Assembly: GCA_965222225.1 (NCBI GenBank)
Contig: CBDCTK010000002.1
Coordinates: forward strand, 1,408,001 to 1,472,000
Origin: Candidatus Poribacteria bacterium
Lineage (GTDB): Bacteria > Poribacteria > WGA-4E > JAJDTR01
Direction of reading: 5' to 3'
Length of the DNA stretch: 64,000 nucleotides
Below the pieces are notes generated by a model that was given only the letters and a program-made list of their open reading frames with translations, was not told the origin of the DNA and ran no database searches. The translations under genes and the position numbers were made by a program. Shown one piece after another: positions 1-9,373 of this stretch. Position 1 is the stretch's first letter; each line of letters begins with the position of its first letter.

Positions 1-639
1 GGAAAAATTCGTATGCCCGATGATATGACATGCGTGCTCATCCTTGGGATAAAACCGTCTTTCGTGGATTTGGTATTTTAAGCCGCGAATTGGTTGTACT
101 ACCGATTGAATGTCAGCTAGACGGTCATACGACAAATCTCGCGCCAACCAGATAAATTGTCGCTTGTTCCTTTGAAGTGAGGCAAGGATTTCGGACTCTG
201 GTACCTCAAGTATGGGAGCAAGCTGAGCTGAGATTTTGTGGGCATCAGCGTTAAAGAATCTCGGGTCGGCCCATACTGAAATGAGATCTAGATTGAGAGC
301 AAGTAAATTGTGATGACGGTCAAAGATTCTGCCTCTTGCAGCTTTCGGAATTTGGATTTGCCGCTGCCCCTTAGATCGCATAGACAATTCATCGCTGTGC
401 AACAATTGGACCAGGATGAGCCTTCCAATCAGTAGACCAAATCCTATTTGCAAAGCGATGAACAGTGTGGCGATACGCGTCCGAGATATGCGGACGATTT
501 TTTCCTCGTACTCATCAGAGTCCCATTCGCGCGTCAAGGGGTCTTGTCTTTGAAATACTCTATTTACAAACCTGCGTATCCGCGATTTGATTTCCTCATT
601 GTGGTGTTTGCCAACGAATCGATTTCTCAACTCTTTCAA
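1..639 (-). CDS. ftsI: penicillin-binding protein (FtsI/PBP3-like), N-terminal part, runs off the window edge
   Basis: Translated by hand (absent from the ORF track): TM helix IATLFIALQIGFGLLIGRL, then AARGRIFDRHHNLLA...VWADP, the class B PBP dimerisation motif. Lies downstream of rsmH-ftsL. TTG start at 639 after GGAGAGG is tentative. Confidence 0.85.
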   Translation of the reverse strand, partial: MKELRNRFVGKHHNEEIKSRIRRFVNRVFQRQDPLTREWDSDEYEEKIVRISRTRIATLFIALQIGFGLLIGRLILVQLLHSDELSMRSKGQRQIQIPKAARGRIFDRHHNLLALNLDLISVWADPRFFNADAHKISAQLAPILEVPESEILASLQRNKRQFIWLARDLSYDRLADIQSVVQPIRGLKYQIHERRFYPKDEHACHIIGHTNFS

Positions 640-655
640 TCCTCTCCATTTATAG

Positions 656-958
656 CTATTCTTCTAAATTACGGACCGGTGGTGATGGTTGAACCATCTG
701 AAGTTCTCGAGCGAACGCGTGAATGCGTTTGGCGGAAGTAAGTCTTGCCTCCTCCAGTTGCAATATGCGAATTTCGTTAATTAGCTGGTTTTTCTCTGTC
801 CTAACATCCTCGCGAATTTGCAGAGCAATCCTATTCTGCTCGGAGGAAAACCAGGCAGTTGCAAAGGCGATGCAGACAAAACAGAACAGGAGAAAATATG
901 CGAGAAGGGGGAGTTTTCCCGCCGATTTTGGTTTTTGATGATCCATTCTATCAAGCAT
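656..958 (-). CDS. ftsL: cell division protein FtsL
   Basis: 100 aa, single TM then coiled coil ending LEEARLTSAKRIHAFARELQM; between rsmH and ftsI. Confidence 0.85.
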   Translation of the reverse strand: MLDRMDHQKPKSAGKLPLLAYFLLFCFVCIAFATAWFSSEQNRIALQIREDVRTEKNQLINEIRILQLEEARLTSAKRIHAFARELQMVQPSPPVRNLEE

Positions 959-1074
959 AGTGCTGCATTTGCATCGGTTGGAAATAGTATCTTATATGAG
1001 TTTCGGATTTTGTTTCTTTAAGTCGCTGAGTATCGCACAACCTCATTCAAGCAGAAAAACGATTAATTTCGTTC

Positions 1075-2055
1075 TCAAGATTCACGGATTTTGACTGCGA
1101 CGCGTAATTTTGCGCTTCGAGATCGAGGATTGCGCTGAACCTCCTCTGCTGTTGGAGATATAGGCCGTTTCGTTAATATCTCAAGGGAGGGAACATGTTG
1201 ACAAACACATCTAGGCATACGAGGTGGGCAAATACAAATGCGAGATAGAGCACGAAATCGTTGCTTGACAATTCGATCCTCAAGCGAATGAAAAGATATA
1301 ACACAGATTCGGGCCCCAGGTTTCAGAACCGATACCGCCGCATTTAAGCCTGCATCAAGGTTTCTCAATTCATTATTGACGTAGATTCGGAGCGCTTGAA
1401 AAATCCTCGTTGCGGGGTGGATTCGTCCACGATTAAGCTTTTTGGGCATTGCCTTCTGCACTATGTCGGCGAGCTGAAGTGTCGTGGTGATGCGCTGAAT
1501 ATTTCGGAATCGGCTAATCTGATGTGCAATTCTTTTTGACCAACGTTCTTCACCAAATTGAGCAAAAATGTCGGAAAGCACATCTTCGCGATAGTCGTTA
1601 ATGACCTCTGTGGCAGAGAGCGATTGTTTTCTGTCCATGCGCATGTCCAACTTTCCCGCTTGAGAAAAGCTAAATCCCCTAGACGGTGTACCAAGTTGCA
1701 AAGATGAAACCCCCAAATCAAGCAAAACGCCATCTACTTGCGTGACTGAATGGGCAGCTAGTAACTCGTTCAAATTAGCAAAATTTCCTTGAACTAATGC
1801 GCACCGTTCTCTGTACCCACGTAATTTTTCCTCCGCAATAGCGAGTGCCTCTAAATCTAAGTCAATTCCGATGAGCTGACCACTTGGTGCGGATGCTTCT
1901 AATATCTCGGTGGCATGCCCCCCCAAGCCGATAGTCCCATCAACGTAAACCCCAGTATTCTTAGGCACCAAAAAGCTGGCAACTTCACGCGCAAGTACCG
2001 GGGTGTGTTTTACGTGTTTTGTCTCGTAGTTAGCCAATTTTTCATCTGTTTCCAT
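1075..2055 (-). CDS. rsmH: 16S rRNA C1402 N4-methyltransferase RsmH (MraW)
   Basis: HTPVL, DGTIGLGGH, DLGVSS, HPATRIFQALRI, FHSLEDR, NPRSRSAKLR motifs; start codon uncertain. Confidence 0.97.
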   Translation of the reverse strand: METDEKLANYETKHVKHTPVLAREVASFLVPKNTGVYVDGTIGLGGHATEILEASAPSGQLIGIDLDLEALAIAEEKLRGYRERCALVQGNFANLNELLAAHSVTQVDGVLLDLGVSSLQLGTPSRGFSFSQAGKLDMRMDRKQSLSATEVINDYREDVLSDIFAQFGEERWSKRIAHQISRFRNIQRITTTLQLADIVQKAMPKKLNRGRIHPATRIFQALRIYVNNELRNLDAGLNAAVSVLKPGARICVISFHSLEDRIVKQRFRALSRICICPPRMPRCVCQHVPSLEILTKRPISPTAEEVQRNPRSRSAKLRVAVKIRES

Positions 2056-2135
2056 TTTTCTTGTCAACCCATTACCCTTCATGATGAGTTTCCAATACAT
2101 CGTTAAAACCGACTTGGATACCACAAATTGAGGGC

Positions 2136-2163
2136 ATTATAACGTTAAGACATATAGTGTCAA
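2136..2163 (-). promoter_or_regulatory. sigma70 promoter of the dcw cluster
   Basis: TTGACA-N16-TATAAT, perfect consensus hexamers, on the minus strand upstream of rsmH. Confidence 0.75.
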
Positions 2164-2318
2164 GCGGAAACGAAGTCCATGCGGATTCGAGATGGAGGTA
2201 ACTGATACAGTTACGTCTAAATTTGAACGCAATCTCGTCAAGATTACTCACATCCAAAAGAAAAAATACCGCTTTACAATTCACTCCACATGGGTTAAAC
2301 TTACTTCTCTGGAGGACT

Positions 2319-2954
2319 ATGATTATGGGAAAAACACTGGACCTCGGCAGAAGAATTGAAATCGTTCCAATGGACGTACGTTTCCATGACATTACCGTTG
2401 CTCTCAATTGTCAACTGCACAATGAAGTCCCTACATTTGTGGTTCATACCTATAGCCGTATCGAAGGTTTCAAGGATCGTATTGCATCAATTGTAAATGC
2501 GATGCAAGTCTTGGGCGGCATGGAGTTGACCTCAGACGGACGACTCCAGTTCTCATGTGAGGGGGGTCATGAACTAGCTTGTAGACGAGTTTTCTTGGAA
2601 GCGTGCAAATTTAGTTCGAACGAACCAATTGAACCGCGTCCTTTGGGTATCTTAGACAAAAAATCTGGGCTAAATATCACCATCACCAGCGCTGGCGCTG
2701 GCGTTTACGATGTTGGCGCCGACGGGGACGCCAAAAGCAAGGAAAGGCGAATATCGGCGATTGCTGGCGGTTTGATTAAGCTGGGACAGATGGTGGACGA
2801 GAGGGTAGATCAGGTTTCTTTTGCCTGCGGACAGCCCCATGACGCCCTAGTCGGTTTGTTGCTGGTTCGCGCACCGAATGTACGAGCTATCATGCGCGAG
2901 CAAGAGACGGCGTCCTCACGTGGGGTGCTTTCGGCTCCAAGCCAACAAGAATGA
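2319..2954 (+). CDS. hypothetical protein
   Basis: Long ORF, GGAGG RBS directly before ATG 2319; no family recognised. Confidence 0.7.
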   Translation: MIMGKTLDLGRRIEIVPMDVRFHDITVALNCQLHNEVPTFVVHTYSRIEGFKDRIASIVNAMQVLGGMELTSDGRLQFSCEGGHELACRRVFLEACKFSSNEPIEPRPLGILDKKSGLNITITSAGAGVYDVGADGDAKSKERRISAIAGGLIKLGQMVDERVDQVSFACGQPHDALVGLLLVRAPNVRAIMREQETASSRGVLSAPSQQE

Positions 2955-2996
2955 ACCGAGGGAAAAACTGTAACCCCAAAACGTGAGGGCAATATT

Positions 2997-4046
2997 ATGA
3001 AAACACGGATAGTCGATCCGATGACCAGTCGCGAACGTGTCTTGGCGGCGTTACACCGCGATCCTGTAGATCGGACGCCGGTATGTAATCCCACTTCTGT
3101 TGCTACGGTGGAATTGATGGATCTCGTAGATGCCCCATTTCCGGATGCTAACCGAAAGCCCGAATTGATGGCGCGCCTGGCAGCCACGGGATATACCGAG
3201 TTGGGCTTTGATACGATTATGCCAGTCTTCACAATTATCCAAGAGTCGTCTGCTCTTGGCTGCAAAATTCAGTGGGAACAGAAAGATAATTGGCCCACAG
3301 TGAAAATGCGTGAGCCAATCTGGGAAGATGTTGATGATATTAAAATCCCGCCAGATTTCTTAACCCACCAAGATACCCAATGTGTTCTTGATGCAATCAG
3401 AATCCTTAAGAAGGAGTACGGCGATGAGGTCGCTATCATCGGTAAAACCATGGGACCTTGGTCGTTGGGCTACCACTGCTTCGGTGTAGAACCTTTCCTA
3501 CTATTGTCTCTGGATGATCCTGGCAAGACTAAGCTTGCGCTAGACAGGATGAAGGAAGCCACTGTAGAATTTGGGATAGCTCAAATAGAGGCCGGCGCTG
3601 ATGCGCTGACTTTGCCGGACCATGCGACTGGCGACTTGGTCAGTGGGGATTACTATAAGCGGTATCTGCGAGACCTGCACATTGAGTTCGTTGAACGCAT
3701 CCCCATCCCTCTGATTCTTCATATCTGTGGTCGTACGGTAGACCGGATGGAATACATCGCTCAGACCGGTATGGCCGCCTTCCATTACGACTCCAAGAAC
3801 AAGCCTGCCGAATCTATGGATGCGGTAACCAATCGAATCGCTCTCGTGGGAAACATAAATAATCCTGAGACACTATTTTCAAAGGAACCCGAGGATGTTC
3901 GTCAGGAGGTTCGCAGCAACCTTGATGCTAAAGTACAACTCGTTGGACCAGAATGTGCAATCCCGCTGCAGACAGCTATTGAGAACCTCAAGGCTATTCC
4001 TCAAGAAGTGCAGGATTGGCATCGCGAGCAAGCGGCGATTAACTAG
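2997..4046 (+). CDS. MtaA/CmuA-family methylcobamide methyltransferase (URO-D fold)
   Basis: MTSRERVLAAL..DRTPV N-terminus, GPWSL, AQIEAGAD, Zn ligands LHICG and PEC, LVGNI. Confidence 0.85.
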   Translation: MKTRIVDPMTSRERVLAALHRDPVDRTPVCNPTSVATVELMDLVDAPFPDANRKPELMARLAATGYTELGFDTIMPVFTIIQESSALGCKIQWEQKDNWPTVKMREPIWEDVDDIKIPPDFLTHQDTQCVLDAIRILKKEYGDEVAIIGKTMGPWSLGYHCFGVEPFLLLSLDDPGKTKLALDRMKEATVEFGIAQIEAGADALTLPDHATGDLVSGDYYKRYLRDLHIEFVERIPIPLILHICGRTVDRMEYIAQTGMAAFHYDSKNKPAESMDAVTNRIALVGNINNPETLFSKEPEDVRQEVRSNLDAKVQLVGPECAIPLQTAIENLKAIPQEVQDWHREQAAIN

Positions 4047-4183
4047 TCCCTTTTCAAATAAGCGCTTGCTAGATGAATGGATCCTTACCGATCGTCCAAA
4101 AGCTAACCAAATTGGGCCCCCTGGCGCGTTTGGCTTGGCACACTGTTCGTCAATCCCTTCAGACCTCGTAATCCTATTTTCGC

Positions 4184-4995
4184 ATGAAAAGACGAGGATA
4201 CCCGAAACCAGATACGTTGGTAATGCTACTCAAGCAGAGAAGAGATTTAACGTATCTCAAGGATGAAGGCTGGTATCGAATTCCGTTAAAAAGCGCTCCC
4301 AAGACTTTGCAAGATGTCGAATACCTAGCCTTCTACCAACCGAAGGGCTTTGGCGAGGATAGTTGGCGGGTACAATACTATGGCGAAAGGGCCGAACCAT
4401 ACAGGTTAAACGGATTGAGTTGCTTCCTCGTGAAGTTGCAGATCGTCAACGCTATGCCCTTTATTACCGTGTCGAAGTCGAAGACCTACAGCAGTTAGAC
4501 AAGCCAATTCTAAGTAAACGTGGACGTCGGATTCTTTTTGTTCAAACGACCTTGGAGAAACTATTCACCGCGACAGAGATTAACGACCTGTTTCACGGGA
4601 GCCCGTTAGAGAATGAACTATGGAAACATCTGAAGAAAGAGGGGATTCAAGCGGAAAGACAATACGAAGTGATAAAAGAGGAGGCCAGACGATACTTTCT
4701 CGACTTTCACTTGCCCTATCAGAAGCGGTACATCGCCGTCGAATGCGATGGGGGTACATGGCATAGTAATACAGAGAAAGCTGTCGAAAATAACGAGAGG
4801 CAGAACTACCTTGAGGCAAACGGCTGGCATGTGCTTCGCTATTCAACTAAGCAACTCCAGAATCCGATGGAACGCCTAAATCAGATTAAGAATGCAATTA
4901 ACAAACTCGACGGTTTGGTGGGAGCCGAACAGACAGACTGGTTCGAGACTCAGAATAGCAACGGCACTATGCAGTTGGGGCTGTTCAAGAAGTGA
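4184..4995 (+). pseudogene. DUF559/Vsr-like endonuclease domain protein, frameshifted near 4385-4395
   Basis: N-half GWYRIP..YLAFYQPK..VQYYG (ORF 4184) continues in the -1 frame to SPLENELW..QY..LDF..IAVECDG..WH..GWHVLRY (ORF 4363). Confidence 0.75.
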
Positions 4996-5022
4996 CTCCT
5001 CGAAATTGGGGAAGAAAGGTAG

Positions 5023-5982
5023 ATGAAAGCGACTTCATCCATGTTTTTCTTGGCCGCCTTCCTACTCGCACTACCGTTATTAAGTTGTACAAGCGAAAAC
5101 CCAATCCCTGAGAAGACCCCCTCCCTGTTTTTCCCGAACGCTCAGAACTTCGTTTTGAAGAACCTCACATTGCCCGCAGATAAGGTCTCCTCCATCGAAA
5201 GTGTCCTTGGGACAAAACTTAAACCTAGCGATCTCACGCCAACCTTCCACATTGCAACAAACTCCAATAAGAAGCCGTTAGGAGCGGTGGTGTTTCTGAG
5301 CGTTGATAGTCCTCGGGGCGAACTTACGGGAGGTATCGGCCTCAACATGCAGGGAAAAGTCGTACGCGTCGAGATTTCGAAGAGCACAGATGTAACTGGC
5401 ATCACGGACAGGGAATTCCTTGACCAGTTTACCGGCATGGGAATTGAGGACGCGTTTCAAGTCGGCGAAGATGTGAAACCTCTATCTGGACAGGAGGACG
5501 TTTCTAAATCGGTCACACTCCTGCCCCGGAAGGCACTTCTCATGACGTATGCCCTATACGCTAAGAAGCAGCAGCCAATTCCCGAATCTGCCGACGTGGC
5601 TGAAGAGTTTCCAGATGAACGTCATGAGCCGGAAACACTTATAGAACTAATGGAGATGATGAAGGAAGCATATATCGTAGTTCGTGAGTATTTCCAGTCT
5701 CCAACTGATCGAGCAGTCGCAGTGAAAGCGGCGAAGCAACTTGAAAACTACATACAGTACATAGATAATTTTGAGCCACCCAACAACCCGAACGAGACCG
5801 AAGAATATGCCTACTTCCAGGATCAAGTCTCAGAATCCCTTTCGCAGCTTGTTGATACTTTGGATAAAGAAGGGGCTTCCGATAACAGCAGACAGCAATG
5901 GGAAGGCGTCTTAGACTTGGTCGATAAAGCGCATTTGCGGTTCAGTATAGATGAAGTTGACCTAGACGAAGATTTGGAATAA
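5023..5982 (+). CDS. lipoprotein with degenerate FMN-binding (RnfG/NqrC-like) domain and C-terminal four-helix cytochrome b562-like domain
   Basis: Lipobox LLSC22; FLDQFTG..DVKPLSGQEDVSKSV resembles FMN_bind; LIELMEMM...DKAHLRF resembles b562 helices 1 and 4. Confidence 0.6.
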   Translation: MKATSSMFFLAAFLLALPLLSCTSENPIPEKTPSLFFPNAQNFVLKNLTLPADKVSSIESVLGTKLKPSDLTPTFHIATNSNKKPLGAVVFLSVDSPRGELTGGIGLNMQGKVVRVEISKSTDVTGITDREFLDQFTGMGIEDAFQVGEDVKPLSGQEDVSKSVTLLPRKALLMTYALYAKKQQPIPESADVAEEFPDERHEPETLIELMEMMKEAYIVVREYFQSPTDRAVAVKAAKQLENYIQYIDNFEPPNNPNETEEYAYFQDQVSESLSQLVDTLDKEGASDNSRQQWEGVLDLVDKAHLRFSIDEVDLDEDLE

Positions 5983-6020
5983 CGGTGGAAGTGCATGTAG
6001 GCTACTAGGAGAAGCCCAAA

Positions 6021-6509
6021 ATGAACCTTCGCGCAGAGAATCTTGCCTCCCCCAAACGACGCTCGTTTTTGAAGGCTAGTCTACTTTTCATCGGCGGCCT
6101 TATCAGTGCGGTTGTCGCGGTACCGCTTTTCGGCTTCGCAATCTTGCCCGCCTTAAAGAAAGCACCCAAGAAGTACGTGGTTCTGGGAATTGTTGACCTC
6201 CTCAAGGGAAGCCAATACAAAAAAGTGAATTACACATTTCAATCTAAAGACGGATGGATACAAACCAACAAAAAGCGTTCTGTCTACGTAACCGATGCAG
6301 GAAAAGGAAACTTTGTCGTCTTTTCTAGGGTCTGTACCCACCTCAATTGCCTTGTTCGATGGGAAGAATCAAAGCGGCAGTTCCTTTGCCCGTGTCACGG
6401 TGGTGTGTTTGACGAAGAAGGGAATGTCGTGGCAGGACCGCCACCACGTTCCTTAGAAAGGTTGTCCGTTAAGGTAGAAGACGGTGTTTTATATGTTAAG
6501 GAGATTTAA
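6021..6509 (+). CDS. qcrA: Rieske 2Fe-2S subunit of a quinol-oxidising Rieske/cyt b complex
   Basis: Tat motif KRRSFLK plus TM; CTHLNC and CPCHGG boxes; GPPPRSL. Confidence 0.93.
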   Translation: MNLRAENLASPKRRSFLKASLLFIGGLISAVVAVPLFGFAILPALKKAPKKYVVLGIVDLLKGSQYKKVNYTFQSKDGWIQTNKKRSVYVTDAGKGNFVVFSRVCTHLNCLVRWEESKRQFLCPCHGGVFDEEGNVVAGPPPRSLERLSVKVEDGVLYVKEI

Positions 6510-6512
6510 CGA

Positions 6513-7664
6513 TTGAAGGAGAGAATAGCCGAATTTTTCGCTGCGCGCATCCCGTTACGCTCAATAGAAGCACACTTCAAAAAGCCGCTACCGAAGCATA
6601 TCAACTGGCTGTTCTCACTTGGAGCTATGGCGCTGTTTTTGTTGATACTGCAAGCCGCAACCGGAGCGTTCTTGGCAATATACTATTCCCCGTCTCCGGA
6701 CCATGCCTACAACTCTCTGAACTACATCAGCAAGGAAGTTCCTTTCGGCGGCTTCGTGCGCGGGCTACACCATTGGGGTGCCAGCGCCATGGTAATCGTA
6801 GTGTTTTTGCACCTGCTGCGCGTCGTAGTTTACGACTCCTACAAATCGCCGCGTGAATTAACATGGTTTGTTGGCGTATTGCTGCTGCTGATTGTGTTGG
6901 GATTCGGATTCACCGGTTACCTCCTACCATGGGATCAGAAGGCTTACTGGGCTACTGTGGTGGGCGCAAAGATCGCAAGCACCGTACCTTTCATTGGTGA
7001 TGCTATTGGCAGAATCCTGAGAGGAGGTGAGGAGGTAGGTGCGGTAACGCTGGCTCGCTTCTATGCCATCCACACCATTTGGCTACCGTGGATTGCATTT
7101 GGACTGGTTGGTTTACATCTCTTCTTTGTACGCTATCTCGGGTCGTCCGGGCTCCCGCAAAATACATCAGAGGACATAAATGCAGGCAAGCCTTTCTACC
7201 CCGACCAACTCTTTGAAGATGGCGTGGCGATTCTCGTCTTGTTCAGCATTCTCGTGGTCATGGCGTTGTTCCTTCCAGTGCCCACTGAAGAGATTGCTAA
7301 TCCGACAGATGCCTCGTACGATCCGCGTCCGGAGTGGTATTTCCTTTTCCTGTTTCAACTGCTCAAATACTTCGAAGGACCGCTTGAAGTAATCGGGACT
7401 TTTGTAATTCCTACTGTTGCAATTCTTTTTCTCTTCTTGGTTCCTTTTCTTAGCGCAAAAGAGAGATTGCCACTTCGCAAGCGTCCCCTCGCTCTGACCA
7501 TTACCAGTATATCGGTCTTGTCACTGATTTCGCTTACAATTCTTGGAATTCGGTCGCCGAGATTGAATTCCAACTCTACCACAGTTACTGAGGCCGAACA
7601 ATCGGAAGCACCTAGCTCGGCTGACACAGAGGTATTTGATTTCGGCTTAGAAGAGGACAATTAG
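6513..7664 (+). CDS. qcrB: cytochrome b (fused b6 plus subunit IV type)
   Basis: Four heme His (RGLHHWGAS..FLHL, YAIH..GLHL), GYLLPWDQKAYWA, PEWY. Confidence 0.95.
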   Translation: MKERIAEFFAARIPLRSIEAHFKKPLPKHINWLFSLGAMALFLLILQAATGAFLAIYYSPSPDHAYNSLNYISKEVPFGGFVRGLHHWGASAMVIVVFLHLLRVVVYDSYKSPRELTWFVGVLLLLIVLGFGFTGYLLPWDQKAYWATVVGAKIASTVPFIGDAIGRILRGGEEVGAVTLARFYAIHTIWLPWIAFGLVGLHLFFVRYLGSSGLPQNTSEDINAGKPFYPDQLFEDGVAILVLFSILVVMALFLPVPTEEIANPTDASYDPRPEWYFLFLFQLLKYFEGPLEVIGTFVIPTVAILFLFLVPFLSAKERLPLRKRPLALTITSISVLSLISLTILGIRSPRLNSNSTTVTEAEQSEAPSSADTEVFDFGLEEDN

Positions 7665-8377
7665 ATGCCACAGAATCTATTCGCTATCTCGGTCAATGCC
7701 ACCTTTTCAAGCGGAAGTCATCGTCGAGAAATAACCATCGGCTGAGCTGATTGAATAACACACACTCCGTTACCAGTCGGACTAGATATTTGTCCTTCGA
7801 TTATTACAACCACCGCCCCCTATTTTACAATTTCTAACAGCGATCGAACCCCGCTCTTAGATGACTGTTTCAGGTCTAATTATGCCACCTTTTGGGATAA
7901 TGACAATTCCGTCACGGATATAATAGTCATCCCTATCAAAGTCACTTTTCTGTTCAGTGTTCGCAATAATTGAATCTTCGCCGATGCGCGCATTCTTGTC
8001 GATGATTGCTCCTCGGATCAAGCAACCCCTCCCAAGACCAATATTCGGGATGCCGACTTTCTGATTATGTTCTTTCTGCTCGTCCGTCTCATAGAAATCT
8101 GCTCCCATCAGGATAGACTGGTAGACACGAGTTCGCCCTGAGATTACTGTGCGGATTCCAACAATTGAGCGATCAATTTCAGAATCGTCTATAATCGAGC
8201 CTTCTGAAAGGATTGAGGACCGGACGCTACTATTATTTACTTTGGGACTTAGTAGTTAACTGCTTTTTGGTCGATTTGCTTGCTTTTCTCTTCTTAATGT
8301 ACAATCATTTTAGACAGTGTTCGGAATCTTGATTCACACTAAAATACATCTCTATAAGAGAGAAATGGAGGCATATC

Positions 8378-8500
8378 ATGTTGACCAAGCGTTTGTACAT
8401 GCTCGCGGGAGCATTGCGGGTTATCTGCGGGATTTTAATTTCCAACACTATGGGATTTTCAGCACACCATGATGTTGTCGTTGACAGAATATACCGATAG
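8378..8500 (+). CDS. putative 40-aa hydrophobic passenger peptide inside IS1595
   Basis: GGAGG RBS before ATG; MLTKRLYMLAGALRVICGILISNTMGFSAHHDVVVDRIYR; candidate TTGATT-N18-TATAAG upstream; convergent with the transposase. Confidence 0.4.
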   Translation: MLTKRLYMLAGALRVICGILISNTMGFSAHHDVVVDRIYR

Positions 8501-8518
8501 CCAAACAATTCATGTGGC

Positions 8519-9373
8519 TCAGGTGAAGCATTCATCAAAAAATCTTATGAAAATCTCATCATCTTTTCTGCGATTATATTTCCAGCAAGACTCCATGATA
8601 TACAGTGGCAGCCACTTCTTGCTGTAGTGATGATGCGTTCCGTAGAATGACCTCTTGACACAAGCCCAAAACGACTCGATGGTGTTGGTGTGAGTTACGC
8701 CGTCCTCAGAAACATATCTCTCTTGGTGATGGATAACATGTCTTTCGATATCTTCGTCCAGACTATTGTAAGAGCGAAATTCATCAGTCATAAGAATAGA
8801 CTCATCGGGTGAGACATTGCTAAGGATGAATTCTCTGATATTTTCACCAGATAGAACCTTCATGAATTTAGCAACCACCCGACCGCCTCTCTCGACTACG
8901 CCGATGACGGGAGATTTATTTGTGCCTCTACCTCTCTTAGATTTTGCTCTGGGTTTGCCGCCGACATAGGTTTCGTCCGCTTCAACTATCCCTTTCAGCA
9001 ATTCATCACTATCACTCATTTTCTCACGGAGGCGCATTGCCATATACCAAGCGGACTTTTGATTCATGTCCAAGTCACGAGCAAGCTGACAACTCGATAT
9101 GCTTTTCTTGGCATTGGAAAGAATTGAGATAGCCAAAAACCATTTCTGGAGAGGTATCTTGGTACCATGGAAGATGGTTCCTGCTGTAGCCGAAAAGCTA
9201 GATTCACAATCGTAGCAATTCCAACCAGTAGTAATGTCGTTTTTGTTCTTGCGTCCAACTTTTTCACTGCCACAGTGGATACAGCAAACACCGTCCTTCC
9301 AACGTTTTTCCTCTATAAATCTGAGACAAGATTCTTGATTTGGAAACTCTTTCATAAGATTCAAAATGTCCAT
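8519..9373 (-). CDS. IS1595-family transposase
   Basis: Zn ribbon CIHC..CYDC, HTH, catalytic VEADETY / MTDE / HTNTIESFW. Confidence 0.96.
   Translation of the reverse strand: MDILNLMKEFPNQESCLRFIEEKRWKDGVCCIHCGSEKVGRKNKNDITTGWNCYDCESSFSATAGTIFHGTKIPLQKWFLAISILSNAKKSISSCQLARDLDMNQKSAWYMAMRLREKMSDSDELLKGIVEADETYVGGKPRAKSKRGRGTNKSPVIGVVERGGRVVAKFMKVLSGENIREFILSNVSPDESILMTDEFRSYNSLDEDIERHVIHHQERYVSEDGVTHTNTIESFWACVKRSFYGTHHHYSKKWLPLYIMESCWKYNRRKDDEIFIRFFDECFT

Noticed and set aside
4380-4400. Programmed -1 frameshift in the DUF559 gene
   Set aside because: No in-frame X-XXY-YYZ slippery site or clear stimulator; a simple indel is more likely
8305-8538. 77-aa minus-strand ORF downstream of the transposase (101 aa in copy 2)
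   Set aside because: No RBS, stop differs between copies, and the opposite strand has the better expression signals
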